Shown here one piece after another: positions 61,175 through 64,000 of a DNA stretch of 64,000 nucleotides (the stretch's first letter is position 1; every line of letters starts with the position of its first letter). Both the position numbers and the translations under genes were made by a program. Where the stretch lies: contig CAVRUC010000013.1 of assembly GCA_963724295.1 (NCBI GenBank), positions 288,001 to 352,000 of the forward strand, given 5' to 3'. The DNA is from an uncultured Chloroflexia bacterium (GTDB lineage: Bacteria; Chloroflexota; Chloroflexia; Thermomicrobiales; UBA6265). The notes beneath the pieces were generated by a model. It was given only the letters and a program-made list of their open reading frames with translations. It had not been told where the DNA came from and did no database searches.

Positions 61175-62050
61175 ATGATTACCTATGTTGACGACGGACT
61201 TTTCACGGCACCTGCGCAAACACTCGTAAACGCAGTGAACACCGTAGGAGTGATGGGCCGCGGCGTTGCAAGAGAATTTCGCCTGTTGTTTCCAGAGATG
61301 TTTATTGCTTACAAACGTCACTGCAAACAACATTTGCTTACCCCGGGTACCTTGCACCTCTTTCGGACACCAAATAAATGGATTCTTAACATTCCGACAA
61401 AGCGTCACTGGCAGCCGCCATCGCGCCTATCAGACATTGAGGCGGGACTGCGTACCTTTGCCTGCGCCTATCAGCGATCAGGTATCACTTCAGCTGCGTT
61501 TCCGCAATTGGGATGTGGCACAGGCGGTCTGGATTGGGATCGTCAAGTCCGTCCGCTAATGGAATCCATTCTTGGCGGCCTTCCGATTCCAGTCAGCGTG
61601 CACCTGTACGCTTCAGATCCGGTGCTTCCCATCCTCCCCAACGGTTTTGCCACTGAGCTCACAGAAACTCCAAACGACCTCCGCATTGACACATTCGTCC
61701 ATGACTTCCTTCTACTAAAGAATTCACCACCCTCCGGTAGCGTGCCAAATACCAGCGATCTAGAGATAAGCAATCTCTACACCGCCCTTCAGCGCACGGG
61801 CTATGCATCGCTCTATTCAGTATCCTCCGCTGACCTAGGTCATATTGGAGCCCTTCTTGACCTGGGCAGCCGTCTACCATATATGGCTCGAGCCACCGTA
61901 TATCGCCAAGGCGACCGCGCCGGGCCCGTGGCTGCCCTCTCGTTACGGCCCGGTTATCGCCTCCAACAGCAACAGTCTTCATCAATGCAGGACAATATTG
62001 AGGAACTGCTGTGGATACAACCGATCCAGAAGCCACTGCCAATTTCATAA
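61175..62050 (+). CDS. darG: Macrodomain ADP-ribosyl glycohydrolase, DarG-like antitoxin
   Basis: TLVNAVNTVGVMGRGVA, ILNIPTKRHW and FPQLGCGTGGLDW motifs. Confidence 0.85.
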   Translation: MITYVDDGLFTAPAQTLVNAVNTVGVMGRGVAREFRLLFPEMFIAYKRHCKQHLLTPGTLHLFRTPNKWILNIPTKRHWQPPSRLSDIEAGLRTFACAYQRSGITSAAFPQLGCGTGGLDWDRQVRPLMESILGGLPIPVSVHLYASDPVLPILPNGFATELTETPNDLRIDTFVHDFLLLKNSPPSGSVPNTSDLEISNLYTALQRTGYASLYSVSSADLGHIGALLDLGSRLPYMARATVYRQGDRAGPVAALSLRPGYRLQQQQSSSMQDNIEELLWIQPIQKPLPIS

Positions 62051-63012
62051 CTGGGCTAGCCCAATCGCCTTGGTTACGAGAGTATCAGAGAGATTGGCCG
62101 TATTATCTATTCCATGTTGCTGATGTGAACAATGCCGTTGGGATTATAATGCGTAACAGGATCTATTCACGAGATAGGGGCATCTTGGAAGACGCTATCT
62201 ATGTTGATAGCGGAAATACAAACGTTCTCACACAGCAATCTCCGTTCGTATCAGCACATGCGCGATTTTATTTTAGGCCCAATACGCCGGCACTGTATCA
62301 CGCGGAAGGAGTTCGGCCGCCGAGCAGGTATCGATCAGGTGCTTGTCCGGTTCCGGTAGCATTCCTGTTTGACTCGGTACCATTGTTGACGTCTAAAGGA
62401 GCGAAGTTCTCGAATGGAAATACAGCAAATCGGGACTGGGTATCAATTGGCAATTCCTTGCGATTTTTAGAAGACCTACCGTTCGATCTTATTTATCATG
62501 ACAGCTCAATATCATCGATGGATGGTGATATCGTATTTCACCGGCACGCTGAAGTGCTCATACCGGACGAGATTGATCTTACGTTTCTTCAGAAACTGTG
62601 CTTTCGGAGTGGCGCTGAGCTTCAAACATTCCTGGCATTGCTGGAGTATGAAGGAGGTAATCGAGCGGACCTAGAAAAAATGGCGAATTTAGCCGTCGTG
62701 GACCGATCAGTGTTTTCGTGTTGTTTTCCTTCAGTTACCGGGGGGAGCGTGTTCGGTGGCTCAACGTCATTTTACATCCACTGGGGTCAGCCGTTCCGAT
62801 ACGGTTTGTCCCTTCCCATACATTTTGAGGCAGCCATTTTTTGGGCGATGCCGGGTGGTGCGGTTTCAGTGAAGCAGCCGTTGTCGCTGAAGGCGGAAAC
62901 GACAATTCTGAGTGTAACGACTCCTGAGAATGCGAGGAGCGAACGTGTGTTTGTGGCGTTAGAACTTGATGAGCAGCTCGCGTTCGCGTCGTACTTCGAT
63001 ACGCGAGCGTGA
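62011..63012 (+). CDS. darT: DUF4433 DNA ADP-ribosyltransferase, DarT-like toxin with C-terminal extension
   Basis: YLFHVADVNNA..I....IYSR, RFYFRPNTP, FSNGN and AEVLIP catalytic-Glu motif; overlaps the macrodomain gene. Confidence 0.8.
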   Translation: MDTTDPEATANFITGLAQSPWLREYQRDWPYYLFHVADVNNAVGIIMRNRIYSRDRGILEDAIYVDSGNTNVLTQQSPFVSAHARFYFRPNTPALYHAEGVRPPSRYRSGACPVPVAFLFDSVPLLTSKGAKFSNGNTANRDWVSIGNSLRFLEDLPFDLIYHDSSISSMDGDIVFHRHAEVLIPDEIDLTFLQKLCFRSGAELQTFLALLEYEGGNRADLEKMANLAVVDRSVFSCCFPSVTGGSVFGGSTSFYIHWGQPFRYGLSLPIHFEAAIFWAMPGGAVSVKQPLSLKAETTILSVTTPENARSERVFVALELDEQLAFASYFDTRA

Positions 63013-63126
63013 TGCGCTAGGATTGGTGGTGACATTATCCTCGAGGACAATTGCTGTCATTAGTTAAGTCGGCTGCAAGCTGAGCCAGGGATTTGGACGG
63101 CACGAGTGAGTAACGGGATGGTGCTT

Positions 63127-63471
63127 ATGCCCGTCAAGATCGGTACATTTTCGCCGCTGTCCGACGAGGGATTCATTGCGCTCCAACAGCAGAAGATGCG
63201 CAAGACGGATTCGGCCATGACCGCGCTCCTTGCAGAGATCGCCACTGGACAGTCGGTCCGGGCGCCGCTGTTGGAGGGACAGAGTGCCCGTGGACTGCGC
63301 ACCGGCATCAGCCGGGCCGCTTCCAGCCGCGGCATGGCAGTGGAGACGGTCGAAGGAGACGGTTTCGTGGCGGTACGGATGGTCGATGAGCCCCGTACCC
63401 GCAAGGGGAAGCAGGAGCCAGCGCACCATGGACAGCGACGACGGGGTCGGCCACCCAAGCATCAGGAGTAA
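63127..63471 (+). CDS. Small basic protein with C-terminal AT-hook
   Basis: C-terminal RRRGRPPK motif. Confidence 0.65.
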   Translation: MPVKIGTFSPLSDEGFIALQQQKMRKTDSAMTALLAEIATGQSVRAPLLEGQSARGLRTGISRAASSRGMAVETVEGDGFVAVRMVDEPRTRKGKQEPAHHGQRRRGRPPKHQE

Positions 63472-63561
63472 GATGCGGCCGAAATCGCCTCGTTGCGCGA
63501 TCTCGCCGCAGGCAGTTGAGGTCCAGACAACCTTTTGAACGCGACGTGGGGTGATCCGGCA

Positions 63562-63999
63562 CTAGAAGTTCGGCTTCGGATATGAAGACCTGGGTCCTTT
63601 GAGCACAGTGTCGAGATAGGCAGCAGCAGTTCCTTCCTGACCGGCCTGAGTTCCTGAGGCGAACAGGTCTTGACTCGACCAAGTTTTGACGGTCATCGGT
63701 GAACTCACTTCACGCGCACGTGCTATCACATCAGCGTCACGATCGAGATCTGAGGCCACCGCATACACGATCCGAGAACACGACAGCCTCCGACCAAGCT
63801 CGGCGAAGCGATCAATTTCTTGTTGCGTGAGCTGCCCGGCACTGGCCTTGCATTCACCGATGATGACCCTTCCACCTTTGATGGCGAATAGGTCAACTTC
63901 GATTTTCTGAAGCTCGCCCTCGACGAGCGGGGTCAGCGTTACCCCTGGTAGCAGGCCTAGAAGCGGTGCGCGTTCGTCAGAGATCCATGCGCGAGCATT
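63562..63999 (-). CDS. C-terminal part of a protein with a PD-(D/E)xK nuclease-like domain (runs off the window)
   Basis: Open frame from the window edge: ...KIEVDLFAIKGGRVIIGECKAS...EIDRFAEL... Confidence 0.65.
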   Translation of the reverse strand, partial: NARAWISDERAPLLGLLPGVTLTPLVEGELQKIEVDLFAIKGGRVIIGECKASAGQLTQQEIDRFAELGRRLSCSRIVYAVASDLDRDADVIARAREVSSPMTVKTWSSQDLFASGTQAGQEGTAAAYLDTVLKGPRSSYPKPNF

Positions 64000-64000
64000 G

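Overview
GC-rich bacterial chromosomal segment. The gene styles suggest Chloroflexota/Thermomicrobiales (inference): 'MDxxxFDxLxR..RR' leader proteins, '...ATP' C-terminal tails, and an XRE-NB-ARC-TPR regulator. Positions 1-42 kb carry housekeeping and accessory metabolism: a cNMP-TrxR fusion, a Drr-type ABC exporter, a dipeptidase, PLP enzymes, a stand-alone carrier-thioesterase plus adenylation enzyme pair next to a knottin-like peptide, an ECF sigma/anti-sigma pair, mutS, two secreted PQQ sugar dehydrogenases (one fused to a cupredoxin), a GH39 hydrolase, sugar oxidoreductases, a TPP enzyme and a histidine kinase. Positions 42-56.4 kb form a light/oxidative-stress cluster: a CarH/LitR-type B12 regulator, SOUL, ferritin-like proteins, idi2-crtB-crtI-glycosyltransferase-cruF-acyltransferase and a pyrimidine-dimer glycosylase, bracketed by two similar inward-facing promoters. 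After a degenerate duplication of the 3' end of an SDR gene (60837-60898) an AT-richer defence-like island begins, with darG-darT in reversed order, an AT-hook protein and a truncated PD-(D/E)xK nuclease. About ten single-base frameshifts are scattered through otherwise intact genes and may be assembly errors. No rRNA, tRNA, CRISPR array or integrase/transposase was recognised. All assignments are from motif reading by eye; no database searches were run.
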